In this document: piece after piece, positions 9,182 through 18,723 of the stretch | Position numbering within the stretch: the stretch's first letter is position 1 | Layout: each line of letters opens with the position of its first letter | IMG/VR virus record: IMGVR_UViG_3300045988_103228 | Span: 1 to 64,000 of that record | DNA from: a virus | Reading direction: 5' to 3' (one strand) | DNA: 64,000 nucleotides | Made by a program: the position numbers and the translations under genes | The notes under the pieces: model-generated | Databases searched by the model: none | Told to the model about the DNA's origin: nothing | The model's input: the letters and a program-made list of their open reading frames with translations, nothing else

Positions 9182-9376
9182 TTACTTTCGATTTCCTTTC
9201 AAGAATCCTTCAATCAAAATAAGCACCAGCCAAATGCCTGTCGCAACTTTGATATTAAAATTCAAACTGAATAGCTGATAAATAACCCAGATGAGTGCAG
9301 TGGAGATTGCCCACAACACAAAGTAGTTTGCTGCAAACACAAGGATTGCTCCTAGAATATTCTTAAATGAGTTCAA
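9182..9376 (-). CDS. Hypothetical small membrane protein (2 predicted TM helices)
   Basis: 64 aa, strongly hydrophobic. Confidence 0.4.
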   Translation of the reverse strand: MNSFKNILGAILVFAANYFVLWAISTALIWVIYQLFSLNFNIKVATGIWLVLILIEGFLKGNRK

Positions 9377-9600
9377 ACCATCACCTCCGGCTTATCCTCT
9401 TCAATATGAACATGAGCTACTTGCACAATATCATGGTCACTCATTAGATATGAGTGTCCATCTTTTAAGCAAACAGCAGTGACCCCATTTAAATCTTCGC
9501 ATGGTTGCAATTTAATAAACAGATCTCCACCCCAATAAAACGCTTCGCCAATTCCAATGCGTTTGAAGAATGTGTCACCAGAATTTTTAAGAATTTTCAT
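9373..9600 (-). CDS. Hypothetical protein
   Basis: 75 aa, 4-nt overlap with neighbours. Confidence 0.4.
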   Translation of the reverse strand: MKILKNSGDTFFKRIGIGEAFYWGGDLFIKLQPCEDLNGVTAVCLKDGHSYLMSDHDIVQVAHVHIEEDKPEVMV

Positions 9601-9601
9601 T

Positions 9602-9877
9602 TTATAGCTCCTCTTTGATGCACTGATTAGTCAGCTTTTCATATACATCCTCGTAAAGCTCCTGCTTGTCGCCGTTGTAGGTATACTCTGCATAGATGCC
9701 GTCACCGCTAATGGTGGTGGACAGCAGAGCCTTATAGTTCTGGAGAGTTTTGCAGCTCCAGACCACAAAAACGTTTTCCAGCGTAATTTCATCGGACGTA
9801 TGCTCATAGTACCACTTGACAAGAGCATTCTTACAAACACTTTCGAAGTGAGCCATACCTGTAATAATCATAATCAA
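9602..9877 (-). CDS. Hypothetical protein
   Basis: 91-aa ORF. Confidence 0.4.
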   Translation of the reverse strand: MIMIITGMAHFESVCKNALVKWYYEHTSDEITLENVFVVWSCKTLQNYKALLSTTISGDGIYAEYTYNGDKQELYEDVYEKLTNQCIKEEL

Positions 9878-10365
9878 GTCTCCTTTTTGAATATAACCGT
9901 AATCCAGTTATCTGGATAATCATCTTCTTCCTTTGTTGTTTTCACATATCCGGGCATTTCAAAATTCCACGCAAGATAATTTAGAATTTCAAGGTTGTGT
10001 AAATCGCAATAATACCCGTCCCATGGTCTACTCCATTCCGACCAATGAAGAAGATATGCATTATCACGGCAAGTAAGATAAAAACTATTGTCCAAAGTAC
10101 ACACGCTGCACACTTTTGGAAACGCATATCTTAGGATACGGTCAGTTCGCTTATCGCTCCACTTATTCAACTTCTTGCGACGGAACCTCTCTGCGACAAC
10201 AAAGAGTCTCTCAAGCCAGTAGATAATGATAAGAATCGGATACAGAAACCAATAAGGTGTTTTAATGTTCATGTCCTTGTAATGATAGTATTTTGTGACC
10301 TTGGTTTCTTTCTTCTTTTCTTCTTGCAGCTTCTTACTAAGTCTGTCCATATTTAATCCCACCAA
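9874..10365 (-). CDS. Hypothetical membrane protein
   Basis: 163 aa. TM segment YWFLYPILIIIYWL plus a Cys cluster. Confidence 0.45.
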   Translation of the reverse strand: MVGLNMDRLSKKLQEEKKKETKVTKYYHYKDMNIKTPYWFLYPILIIIYWLERLFVVAERFRRKKLNKWSDKRTDRILRYAFPKVCSVCTLDNSFYLTCRDNAYLLHWSEWSRPWDGYYCDLHNLEILNYLAWNFEMPGYVKTTKEEDDYPDNWITVIFKKET

Positions 10366-10400
10366 CCCACCCTGCTTTTATTCCATCAATAAGATGCTAC

Positions 10401-11252
10401 TTACTCACCCTTAGTTACAACGGTGTCAGCACCCTGTACAGTTACCCAGCCATGCTTCAAACGTGCCTCTGCTTCCTTCATCTGAATTAGTTCAGGAGTG
10501 ATGGACTCGGAAAGTACCTTATTTGCATCAGCCTCAGCCTGTGCCTCAATCATCTTAACGTCAGCTTCCGTCTGAGCCTTGACCTTATCAGTTTCGGCCT
10601 GAGCCAGAGCGGTCTGCTTATTCAACTCAGCAATCTCTGCGTCCTGCTTGGCCTGCTCCTTGGCACGAATCTTCTGCATCAGGGTATCATCCGGCTGTGC
10701 ATCAACAATCAGAGCGGAAGAGACATTGATACCGTATTCGGCGGTCAGCTTCTCATTCAGGTAATTGGTAATTGCAGTATTCACACCTGCTCGATCATCA
10801 GAGTAAATCTGCATGACACTAAACTGAGGAGTCACTTCCTTGACATAAGCAATAATGTCATTCTGAATCTTGCTCTCCATAAGGCTCTCGCCGTCCATGC
10901 CACCAAACTTGGTATACAGCTCAACGACATGCTCAGGCAGGAAATTATAGTTTACAGTCAGATTGATTGCAATCGTACCGCCATTTGCAGGAGCGTCAAT
11001 ATGCCAGTCTGCGTGCTCCTTTGCACCGTAATCAGATGCTGCATTAGAGAATACCACACGCTGCTGAGTGATCGGGAACTCAGACACATGCTTCAATGGG
11101 CTCATAAAGTGCCAGCCCTGAGAAATAGTCTGCTGCTCAACACCCTTAGCAGAATATACAACACCTACATAACCGGTATGTACCCGCTCAGTACACAGCA
11201 ATACACATACTGCCATAATAAACGCACCAATAATGGCTCCAAACTTTTTCAT
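10401..11252 (-). CDS. SPFH/band-7 (prohibitin/HflC-like) membrane protein
   Basis: 283 aa. N-terminal signal/TM segment, an SPFH core, and an EA-rich coiled-coil tail (AEIAELNKQTALAQAETDKVKAQTEADVKMIEAQAEADA). Confidence 0.65.
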   Translation of the reverse strand: MKKFGAIIGAFIMAVCVLLCTERVHTGYVGVVYSAKGVEQQTISQGWHFMSPLKHVSEFPITQQRVVFSNAASDYGAKEHADWHIDAPANGGTIAINLTVNYNFLPEHVVELYTKFGGMDGESLMESKIQNDIIAYVKEVTPQFSVMQIYSDDRAGVNTAITNYLNEKLTAEYGINVSSALIVDAQPDDTLMQKIRAKEQAKQDAEIAELNKQTALAQAETDKVKAQTEADVKMIEAQAEADANKVLSESITPELIQMKEAEARLKHGWVTVQGADTVVTKGE

Positions 11253-11262
11253 ATAGTTCTCC

Positions 11263-11337
11263 TTATTTAAAATTGTCTTTTAAGATGTAGTAGGAAATCG
11301 CCCACACAATCAAAAAGAAAATCACGATTTCTCGCAT
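11263..11337 (-). CDS. Putative 24-aa hydrophobic peptide upstream of the SPFH gene
   Basis: Hand-translated MREIVIFFLIVWAISYYILKDNFK. RBS-like ATAAGGAG follows for the SPFH gene. Confidence 0.2.
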   Translation of the reverse strand: MREIVIFFLIVWAISYYILKDNFK

Positions 11338-11362
11338 TTTACTATCCCGTCTTATACTTTAT

Positions 11363-13540
11363 TTAGTTGTCGCTCAGATGAACTACTCGATCTCGAATTT
11401 CCTGAGTGCGCCCCTGATTCCAAAAATTGGTTCCCAGGTAACCGCAGGTACGTCTTACGACATTCATTTTGTTCTGGTCACGATTACCACAATTCGGGCA
11501 CTCCCATACAAGCTTGTGGTTTTTCTCATCTTCTACAATTTTAATTTCGCCGTCGTAACCACAGCACTGGCAGTAGTCGGACTTGGTGTTCAGCTCCGCA
11601 TACATGATGTTGTCGTAAATGAACTGCATAACACTAAGCACCGCAGGAATGTTCTGCTGCAGATTTGGCACCTCGATATAGCTAATCGCTCCTCCGGGAG
11701 AAAGCTTCTGGAACTCGCTCTCAAACTTTAGCTTAGTGAAAGCATCGATATGTTCACGGACAACGACATGATAAGAATTTGTTACGTAGTCAGGGTCAGT
11801 AACATCTGGAATCATACCGAACCGCTTCTGCAAGCAACGTGCAAATTCATATGTAGTGGACTCCAAAGGAGTACCATACAGGGAGTAATCGATGTTTTCA
11901 GCGGCCTTCCACTCGTTACACTTATCATTCATGTGCTGCATAATTTCGAGAGCGAAAGGTTTAGCATCAGGATCGGTGTGGCTCTTGCCGGTCATATACT
12001 TCACACACTCATACAGACCGGCATAGCCCAGGCTGATGGTGGAATAGCCGCCGAAGAGCAACTTGTCGATCTTCTCGCCCTTCTTTAGACGAGCTAATGC
12101 ACCGTATTGCCACAGGATAGGGGCCATATCAGAAGGAGTGCCGAGTAGACGCTTGTGACGAATCTGTAGAGCTCGATGACACAATTCGAGTCGTTCATCG
12201 AAGATTTTCCAGAATTTATCTTTGTCCCTTTTTGAACTGCAAGCCACATCTACCAGATTGATAGTTACCACACCCTGGTTAAAGCGGCCATAATACTTAT
12301 GCCCCTTAACCCAATTCTTGGCATTAGCTACGTTCTCAGTGGTGCGGTCAGGAGTAAGGAAGGATCTACAGCCCATGCTAGGCCACACACCGCCTTTAAG
12401 CTCCTTCATAACCTTTGCGGAAATATAATCAGGAACCATTCGCTTGGCAGTACACTTAGCCGCCAGCTCAGTCAGGTAATAATACTTAGAATCAGGATGA
12501 ATGTTATCCTCATCAAGAGCATAAATGAGCTTCGGAAATGCTGGAGTAACCCATGCACCAACCTCATTCTTTACACCCTGAATACGCTGCTTTAAAACCT
12601 CTTCGATAATCATTGCAAGGTCGTCACGAGTCTGACCTTCAGGAACCTCATCCAGATACATAAACACGGTAATGAATGGAGCCTGACCGTTGGTTGTCAT
12701 CAGGGTGACCACCTGATACTGGATGGTCTGCACGCCCTTTTCGACTTCTTTATGTAAACGCTTTTTAACAATTTCGGTTTTACGTTCTGCCGAAATATTA
12801 AGCCCTTCCAGCTCTTCATCAACTTCTTTTATAATCTTCTTGCGAGAGACATCCACAAAGGGTGCCAAATGAGAAAGCGTAATGCTTTGGCCTCCAAATT
12901 GAGAAGAGGCCACCTGTGCGATGATCTGGGTCGCAATGTTGCAGGCAGTAGAGAAGCTGTGCGGCTTCTCGATATAGGTGCCGGAGATGACGGTGCCGTT
13001 CTGCAGCATATCCTCCAGATTCACCAGATCGCAGTTGTGAATATGCATCACGAAATAATCTCGATCATGCACATGAAGAATACCCTCTTTATTTGCTTCT
13101 CGAATGTCATCAGACAGAAGGAGACGGTCAGTAAGTTCCTTTGAAACCTCGCCAGCCATATAATCTCGCTGTGTACTGTTAATAGTAGGATTCTTATTGC
13201 TATTCTCTTCGTTGATTGCGTCGTTCTGTGCATCAAGGATTTCAAGGATACTTGCATTCGTCTTTTCCTTATCCCGAATCTCCTGTCGCAACTTACGCCA
13301 ATGGCTATAAGCCTCTGCCACATCTGCGAGTGGACTATTATTCAGCTGATCCACCACAATATCCTGAATCTGCTCAACAGACATCGTGTCCGGCATATCT
13401 GCAATATAGTCAGCAATCGCATTCGACACACGAGAGTCAATACCGCCGGGTGTATTGGTCATCGCCTTCTCAATTGCATTTACAATCTTTGACTTGTCAA
13501 AAGGAACTTTCGTTCCGTTTCGTTTAATCACATAATCCAT
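11363..13540 (-). CDS. nrdD: Anaerobic ribonucleoside-triphosphate reductase NrdD (class III RNR)
   Basis: 725 aa. N-terminal ATP-cone MDYVIKRNGTKVPFDKSKI. C-terminal Zn site CCGYDGE...CPNCG. Glycyl-radical motif RRTCGYLG. Confidence 0.9.
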   Translation of the reverse strand: MDYVIKRNGTKVPFDKSKIVNAIEKAMTNTPGGIDSRVSNAIADYIADMPDTMSVEQIQDIVVDQLNNSPLADVAEAYSHWRKLRQEIRDKEKTNASILEILDAQNDAINEENSNKNPTINSTQRDYMAGEVSKELTDRLLLSDDIREANKEGILHVHDRDYFVMHIHNCDLVNLEDMLQNGTVISGTYIEKPHSFSTACNIATQIIAQVASSQFGGQSITLSHLAPFVDVSRKKIIKEVDEELEGLNISAERKTEIVKKRLHKEVEKGVQTIQYQVVTLMTTNGQAPFITVFMYLDEVPEGQTRDDLAMIIEEVLKQRIQGVKNEVGAWVTPAFPKLIYALDEDNIHPDSKYYYLTELAAKCTAKRMVPDYISAKVMKELKGGVWPSMGCRSFLTPDRTTENVANAKNWVKGHKYYGRFNQGVVTINLVDVACSSKRDKDKFWKIFDERLELCHRALQIRHKRLLGTPSDMAPILWQYGALARLKKGEKIDKLLFGGYSTISLGYAGLYECVKYMTGKSHTDPDAKPFALEIMQHMNDKCNEWKAAENIDYSLYGTPLESTTYEFARCLQKRFGMIPDVTDPDYVTNSYHVVVREHIDAFTKLKFESEFQKLSPGGAISYIEVPNLQQNIPAVLSVMQFIYDNIMYAELNTKSDYCQCCGYDGEIKIVEDEKNHKLVWECPNCGNRDQNKMNVVRRTCGYLGTNFWNQGRTQEIRDRVVHLSDN

Positions 13541-13552
13541 GTGATTCCTCCT

Positions 13553-15076
13553 TTACTCAACGTTCTGTGCGTTGTTATTCTCGGAAGTGATAGTAGAATC
13601 ACTTACAAGATTTACATTCTTAGTAACCTTGGCATCGTAACTGTTGGCACGTACAATCTCTCGCATATCAATGCCAGTGGCTTCCTTAACAGCCTCAAAA
13701 GTCTGTGCCATGACCGCCGGGACATTCCCAGAAATCTCAGAAACGCCATTTGCGTTACCGCCGATAATGGAAACCTTATCAATAGATGCCAGAGGCTTTG
13801 CAACCTGTTCTGCGATACTAGGCAGAATTTTAATGATCATCTCGCCCATTGCAGCACCGTTATACTGTTTGTAAGCCTCAGCCTTCTTCAGCATAGCCTC
13901 TGCTTCGGCAATACCCTTCTGCTTGATAGCATCTGCTTCAGCAGTACCAACCATTCGGATACCTTCAGCTTCCTGCTCCTTAGCAAACTTGGCAGACTCG
14001 GCAGCACGCTCTGCCTCGTACTTCTTTGCCTCAGCTTCCTTTTGACGCTTATACAGGTCTGCATCAGCCTGTTTGCGAATTTCAGCGTCCAACTTCTGCT
14101 GACGAACCTCTGCTTCCTGAGCGGCCAGTTCAACCATCTTCTTCTGTTTTGCAATCTCTGCATCAGCCTCAGCTTCCTTGATTTCCTTGGCACGAAGATT
14201 CATCTGAATCTGACCAGCAGCTTCAGCATCAGCGGTCGCCTTGTCAGCTTTAGTCTTCAGAGCAGCCTGTGCCAGGACGAACTCATTGTTGCGTTGCGCA
14301 ATAGCAGTCTTAGATTCAATTTCCTTCTCGTTTGCTTCGCGAGTAGTATCAGCCTTAGCGCGAGCAATATCACGAGCTGCTTCAGCCTTAGCAATCTCTG
14401 CCTGCTTCTTCACCAACTCTTCCTGCTGAACACCAATTGCCTCGATGACACCATGATTATGGCCCTGAGCATCAATAGCATCCTTGATATCCTGAACATT
14501 GAAAGTAACAACTTCCAGACCCATCTTTGCCAGATCAGGACGAGCATTCTCAACAACGGAAATTGCCATCTGCTTACGATTGGTCAGGATATCGTTGACA
14601 GTCATCTCAGAAACAATCTCTCGCAGATTGCCCTGAAGGACATCGTTAATCTTCTCGTTAATGCCATCTTCACTCATGCCAAGGAAGTTGGAAATAGCAG
14701 CCTGCTGACGAGCACTAATGTAAGTCTTTGCATCCTCGCAACCGGCGCTCTTAATCTCATCATCAGTTACAGTAGAGTTTTCAGAGTAAACCTGAACAGT
14801 AACAACAGAGTCCAGCCACAGAGAAACACCCTCTTTAGTCTTGACACCGGTTTCAGGAGTCTTGACATCAATCTTGAGCAGTCGCATATTCAGACGGTCA
14901 GCTCGCTGAATAACCGGAAGGACGAACACGCCACGACCACAGATAACTTTCGGCTTAGACAGTCCAAAACCTGTTACGACAATTGCCTGAGTAGGAGGAG
15001 CCTTCTTGTAGCAAGTAAATGCAAAGGCGACCAGAAGAACAATAACGACAGGAATTGCAATAAACATCATATTCAT
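13553..15076 (-). CDS. Flotillin-like SPFH protein (FloT/YuaG homolog)
   Basis: 507 aa. N-terminal TM, an SPFH domain (VVTGFGLSKPKVICGRGVFVLPVIQRADRLNMR), a long EA/K-rich coiled coil, and the FloT-like C-terminus IIKILPSIAEQVAKPLASIDKVSIIGG. Confidence 0.75.
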   Translation of the reverse strand: MNMMFIAIPVVIVLLVAFAFTCYKKAPPTQAIVVTGFGLSKPKVICGRGVFVLPVIQRADRLNMRLLKIDVKTPETGVKTKEGVSLWLDSVVTVQVYSENSTVTDDEIKSAGCEDAKTYISARQQAAISNFLGMSEDGINEKINDVLQGNLREIVSEMTVNDILTNRKQMAISVVENARPDLAKMGLEVVTFNVQDIKDAIDAQGHNHGVIEAIGVQQEELVKKQAEIAKAEAARDIARAKADTTREANEKEIESKTAIAQRNNEFVLAQAALKTKADKATADAEAAGQIQMNLRAKEIKEAEADAEIAKQKKMVELAAQEAEVRQQKLDAEIRKQADADLYKRQKEAEAKKYEAERAAESAKFAKEQEAEGIRMVGTAEADAIKQKGIAEAEAMLKKAEAYKQYNGAAMGEMIIKILPSIAEQVAKPLASIDKVSIIGGNANGVSEISGNVPAVMAQTFEAVKEATGIDMREIVRANSYDAKVTKNVNLVSDSTITSENNNAQNVE

Positions 15077-15092
15077 GTATTTTTCTCCTTGA

Positions 15093-15182
15093 TTATCTTA
15101 AAACAAATTTGGCAAAGCCAAAAAACAACATTGTAACAAACAGGGCGAATGCCACAAATGGTTCTTCCCAGTTGTATCTCAT
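15093..15182 (-). CDS. Putative 29-aa hydrophobic peptide
   Basis: Hand-translated MRYNWEEPFVAFALFVTMLFFGFAKFVLR, between the FloT-like and DUF3310 genes. Confidence 0.2.
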   Translation of the reverse strand: MRYNWEEPFVAFALFVTMLFFGFAKFVLR

Positions 15183-15195
15183 ATATGTAAATCCT

Positions 15196-15294
15196 TTACC
15201 AATGAAAAATTCTAACCATTATCTCTACTATTGCACCAGCTATAAAGAACATCGCTGACGCTAAAAGATAATTCCAATCGTCGTTTTTTCTCAT
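15196..15294 (-). CDS. Putative 32-aa hydrophobic peptide
   Basis: Hand-translated MRKNDDWNYLLASAMFFIAGAIVEIMVRIFHW. Its ATG overlaps the stop of the upstream gene (TAATG). Confidence 0.2.
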   Translation of the reverse strand: MRKNDDWNYLLASAMFFIAGAIVEIMVRIFHW

Positions 15295-15734
15295 TAAAAC
15301 TTAACCTCATCGGCGCAATCAGGAACCACGGCAGTTTCGATGTTTGGAGCATGGATTTCTGGACGGAAAACCAAATCATCCGTATAGTCAGGCTTTGCAT
15401 GACGAGGAATGTAATCCGACATCGTAGTCAGCTCATCAGTCACCTCGTTAGGAATCTTCTTTAGCGTATCTACGACACTTTCAGCAACCTTCTGCTGTTC
15501 CTCTAAAAGCCGGATTTTATAGTCCAAATACCAACGTGCCTTCGTCAAATCTTGAAGCTGAGAATTGCCATCTTTATGCCCTGCCCTGCTTAGATACTTA
15601 CCAACATTCCAAAGATAAGCATCCTTGTCCAGCTGCCACTCACGTAGCACTTTGATGGCCTCATAGGGATTGTCTGCACCGCCGTAATGGACTGGATGGT
15701 CTACGTTCTTCTTAATTTCGTCAAGTGTTTCCAT
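15294..15734 (-). CDS. DUF3310-family phage protein
   Basis: 146 aa. HPVHYGGADNPYEAIKV...NVGKYLSRAGHK...DLTKARWYLDY matches the conserved HY...NAxKY...DLxKAxWY pattern of this phage family. Confidence 0.55.
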   Translation of the reverse strand: METLDEIKKNVDHPVHYGGADNPYEAIKVLREWQLDKDAYLWNVGKYLSRAGHKDGNSQLQDLTKARWYLDYKIRLLEEQQKVAESVVDTLKKIPNEVTDELTTMSDYIPRHAKPDYTDDLVFRPEIHAPNIETAVVPDCADEVKF

Positions 15735-16512
15735 TTAATGCCTCCTGTTTCAGTTTGTCGTATTTATCACGAATCTCGTGGAACTTACCACAAGACATCA
15801 TACCTTCAGTACAACCGTTACCACAGCAGTTGGGGCCAGCACACTTAAACAGATGAGGAGCAATCGGATAGACAAGCTTTAGCATCTCAGTTGCAAGTTC
15901 CCTGATTTCAGACTGTGCACGTTCACAGCAACGCAGATTAAAGAAATTATTCAACGAACGAGCGTTCATTGTAACAATCATCTTTGTAGAACAAGCATTT
16001 GGAAGAACAGAACGTGCATTCTCATTTGCAATCTTGGATGCTTTTGCGCGTGCTTTTTTCTCAGTCAAACGAGAATCAGCAACCATCAGTTCCTCAGTAA
16101 TCTTGTCCTCAAGAATCTGACATAGATGCTTATAGGAATATTCAGCAGTCTGAATTGCCTGTTCAAACACTTCTCGTGCTTCGCTATCATCATCAATAAC
16201 GTCAGGGACGATGATCTCTGCATTGTCCATTCGCACATAGCGCTGACTCTGCACACTGAACGATGCAATGCGATGCCTGGTAATTTGAGCAAGCAAAGAC
16301 CGGCTCACACCTTCAATTCCAAAAGTAAAAGTCACATGCTCCGTAGGACTAGCGTGACCAAGGCTAGAAAGCCGATTCAGAAACTCATCGACCTTCTCAT
16401 CGGTCAGTCCATCCATCAGATCCTGAATACTCGAATTGGAGTAACACAGTTTTGCGGCTGCAGCTACTACCTTTTCAGGGTCAGGAGTATTTGTAATCAG
16501 TTTAACTACCAT
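15721..16512 (-). CDS. thyX: Flavin-dependent thymidylate synthase ThyX
   Basis: 263 aa. ThyX signature RHRIASFSVQSQRY (RHRxxSxxxxSxRY). Confidence 0.85.
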   Translation of the reverse strand: MVVKLITNTPDPEKVVAAAAKLCYSNSSIQDLMDGLTDEKVDEFLNRLSSLGHASPTEHVTFTFGIEGVSRSLLAQITRHRIASFSVQSQRYVRMDNAEIIVPDVIDDDSEAREVFEQAIQTAEYSYKHLCQILEDKITEELMVADSRLTEKKARAKASKIANENARSVLPNACSTKMIVTMNARSLNNFFNLRCCERAQSEIRELATEMLKLVYPIAPHLFKCAGPNCCGNGCTEGMMSCGKFHEIRDKYDKLKQEALNGNT

Positions 16513-16522
16513 TCAACTCTCC

Positions 16523-16747
16523 TTAATATTCGTCCTGCCAGTTTTCAGGAATATCATTCTCATCAATTACGATACAATTCCTGGGTGCAACATTCGTTGT
16601 GTACTTTCCGTTTTGAACTTTAATCATTACATTCATAATTGAGACAACTTTATGAATGCTCCAAAGAACTCCCGTACTCTTGTATGTTCTTGCCCGAAGA
16701 ACCGTATCACCAACATGAATCTCTCTATTAAGAATATCGGTTACCAT
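16523..16747 (-). CDS. Hypothetical protein
   Basis: 74-aa ORF. Confidence 0.4.
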   Translation of the reverse strand: MVTDILNREIHVGDTVLRARTYKSTGVLWSIHKVVSIMNVMIKVQNGKYTTNVAPRNCIVIDENDIPENWQDEY

Positions 16748-16923
16748 TTAATCCTCCTTTATTTTAGAAGTGCAAATTTAAACCAATCTGGGAAGTTGGA
16801 TACTGAAATCCCATACTTGATAAGGCAAGACAGCAGCCACAACGCAATCATGATTCCGACCGCAATAAGATAATCCTTAAAAATCTTAATGAACGCGATC
16901 CACATCTTAATCCTGTCTCTCAC

Positions 16924-17208
16924 TTACCTCACCTCTTTATCCCACTCATCTCTGCGTTTTAAAGCAACAAGATAATTATGTTCAGTTGTTACAACACAAT
17001 CATCTGCTTCCCGGTAAATAAGTTCGCCACGTTGTTCAATCGGATACCATCGTTCGAAATAAACTATATCTTTTTGATGATTATCCTTTTCGATTTTTTC
17101 GACCCTTACAGCCGAAATCATTGCAAAATAAGGGAGGCCAGATGGAACCTCTGCAATCAACACATAATCTCCAACACTAAATGAATTCCCGTATTGGTCA
17201 ACTGCCAC
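16924..17208 (-). CDS. Hypothetical protein
   Basis: 94-aa ORF. Confidence 0.4.
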   Translation of the reverse strand: MAVDQYGNSFSVGDYVLIAEVPSGLPYFAMISAVRVEKIEKDNHQKDIVYFERWYPIEQRGELIYREADDCVVTTEHNYLVALKRRDEWDKEVR

Positions 17209-17395
17209 TTACCTCACCTCTTTCAATCAGTTCATCAACAGTAACATCTCCGCAGAGAACATGTCTAAGTTGCTCTTCTGACAGCTGATATGTAATCGGC
17301 TCTCCACACTCGGTAGGATATCGAGCCAAGGTTCTGTAATATTCTGCAATGGCTCGTTCTTTACGCCCCTGCTCACGATGGTCAATACCAATCAT
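17198..17395 (-). CDS. Hypothetical protein
   Basis: 65-aa ORF. Confidence 0.35.
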   Translation of the reverse strand: MIGIDHREQGRKERAIAEYYRTLARYPTECGEPITYQLSEEQLRHVLCGDVTVDELIERGEVSGS

Positions 17396-17643
17396 ATCGC
17401 CCCACCTCCTTCCTTAAATTCTTTACTCTTACCGGTCACGACATAGACGTCATCCTCAAGATCTTCTTTTAGAATCACAGTCATCTCAAACGGACGAAAT
17501 CCCTTCTTCGTACACTCTGGTATATTACAGATCAGATAACCTTCATCATAATCATCAAGCACATCATACCAATGGCCTTTCATAAGCAATGCACCAGATG
17601 GAAGAAGCGTATCTTTGTAGTCCGTCCTGAAGTACATCCTCAT
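17392..17643 (-). CDS. Hypothetical protein
   Basis: 83-aa ORF, overlapping start/stop. Confidence 0.4.
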   Translation of the reverse strand: MRMYFRTDYKDTLLPSGALLMKGHWYDVLDDYDEGYLICNIPECTKKGFRPFEMTVILKEDLEDDVYVVTGKSKEFKEGGGAI

Positions 17644-17990
17644 TAGGGCTCCTTGTAGGGTTCCATATCACCCTTCCAAATCTGGAAATAAGGATGTGCG
17701 TCAATGCCGTAAACCTGACCCTTCATTCCGGTACTGGTAATCTTGTAAGGCTTTCCATCTTCAAGGCTATTGATAAAGTCCTGATACTGAGGACTCATCT
17801 TAAAGAAATCCTTCTTTCCTTGAATCCGCTTTACCTTAATGGTGACCTCATCACCAATCTTTGGCTCCCATTCCTCTGCTGGCATTCCAGCCAGAAAGTC
17901 GGGGCCACCAGCCTTCTTAATTCGCCGGGCAAGAATTCGTGCCTTACGCTGCTCTCTGCGCCGGTCTTCTCGATTCATCGAATTACTCAT
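17643..17990 (-). CDS. Hypothetical protein with a basic N-terminus
   Basis: 115 aa, N-terminal REDRRREQRKARILARRIKK. Confidence 0.4.
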   Translation of the reverse strand: MSNSMNREDRRREQRKARILARRIKKAGGPDFLAGMPAEEWEPKIGDEVTIKVKRIQGKKDFFKMSPQYQDFINSLEDGKPYKITSTGMKGQVYGIDAHPYFQIWKGDMEPYKEP

Positions 17991-18222
17991 ATTCTGTTCC
18001 TTTCAGCTTATCAAAGTAGGGATCGCCGTCTCGCTTCTCTAATAAGTTGAGCTCCCCGGCGGAGCCTACAGAATACAAACGAAAATTTTTAAAAATCTCA
18101 GCACCTTTAATAGTGGCTAGAGATGTAATTATGTACAATATATCGTGTTCTTCTGTGCCATCAGTAAGTTGAACTTCAAGTCGTTCTTTCTTTGGGATGG
18201 CTAGTTTTCGGAAGTCGTTCAT
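17983..18222 (-). CDS. Hypothetical protein
   Basis: 79-aa ORF. Confidence 0.4.
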   Translation of the reverse strand: MNDFRKLAIPKKERLEVQLTDGTEEHDILYIITSLATIKGAEIFKNFRLYSVGSAGELNLLEKRDGDPYFDKLKGTEYE

Positions 18223-18224
18223 AG

Positions 18225-18440
18225 TTAATCCTTCGGCATAGAATACATATCCTGTCCATGTGCATATTCGTCATAAATTTCTGCAATAACATCGTAGCAT
18301 CTGCTCTCGGAGTTATAACTACCAAGAATAATTCCACGTTCACCCATGCCTTGTCGTGCATAAACATTAAGGCTTGCGGTATCAATGATTGCCATACGGT
18401 CAAGATTTATAATTTCTCCGCCTTGCGTTAAAAGTAGCAT
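18225..18440 (-). CDS. Hypothetical protein
   Basis: ORF 18225..18575 trimmed to the internal Met to avoid overlap with 18451..18723. Confidence 0.3.
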   Translation of the reverse strand: MLLLTQGGEIINLDRMAIIDTASLNVYARQGMGERGIILGSYNSESRCYDVIAEIYDEYAHGQDMYSMPKD

Positions 18441-18450
18441 TTTAAATACC

Positions 18451-18723
18451 TCACAAATCAGCAAGCTGTGCAGGAGACCAGATATCTGGAATATCCCAAT
18501 CTTCTTCCGATTTCCCATTATAAATTCCGTAAAAATATCCTTCGGACGGTACATAGACAATTCGTTGCCAGCCATTCATGCCATGTGACACCTTTGGCTC
18601 AAAATCACGAGTCAAAATTCTACGTCCACCACTGCTATAAGCAGATGCCTTTGTAGGAACTTCGACACATTTGTTATCCAGAATCCGAAGAATGTGTTTA
18701 ATAGACTTCTTAGAAAGATTCAT
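18451..18723 (-). CDS. Hypothetical protein
   Basis: 90-aa ORF. Confidence 0.4.
   Translation of the reverse strand: MNLSKKSIKHILRILDNKCVEVPTKASAYSSGGRRILTRDFEPKVSHGMNGWQRIVYVPSEGYFYGIYNGKSEEDWDIPDIWSPAQLADL

Noticed and set aside
13612-14193. Arg-rich minus-strand ORFs 13612..13803 and 13888..14193 inside the flotillin gene
   Set aside because: Alternative frames of the coiled-coil coding region (the KE/A repeats read as R/L/Q). Artefacts.
13541-15136. 531-aa plus-strand ORF
   Set aside because: Antisense to the flotillin-like gene. Low-complexity Leu/Ser-rich translation of the complement of an EA-rich coiled coil. No RBS context. An artefact.
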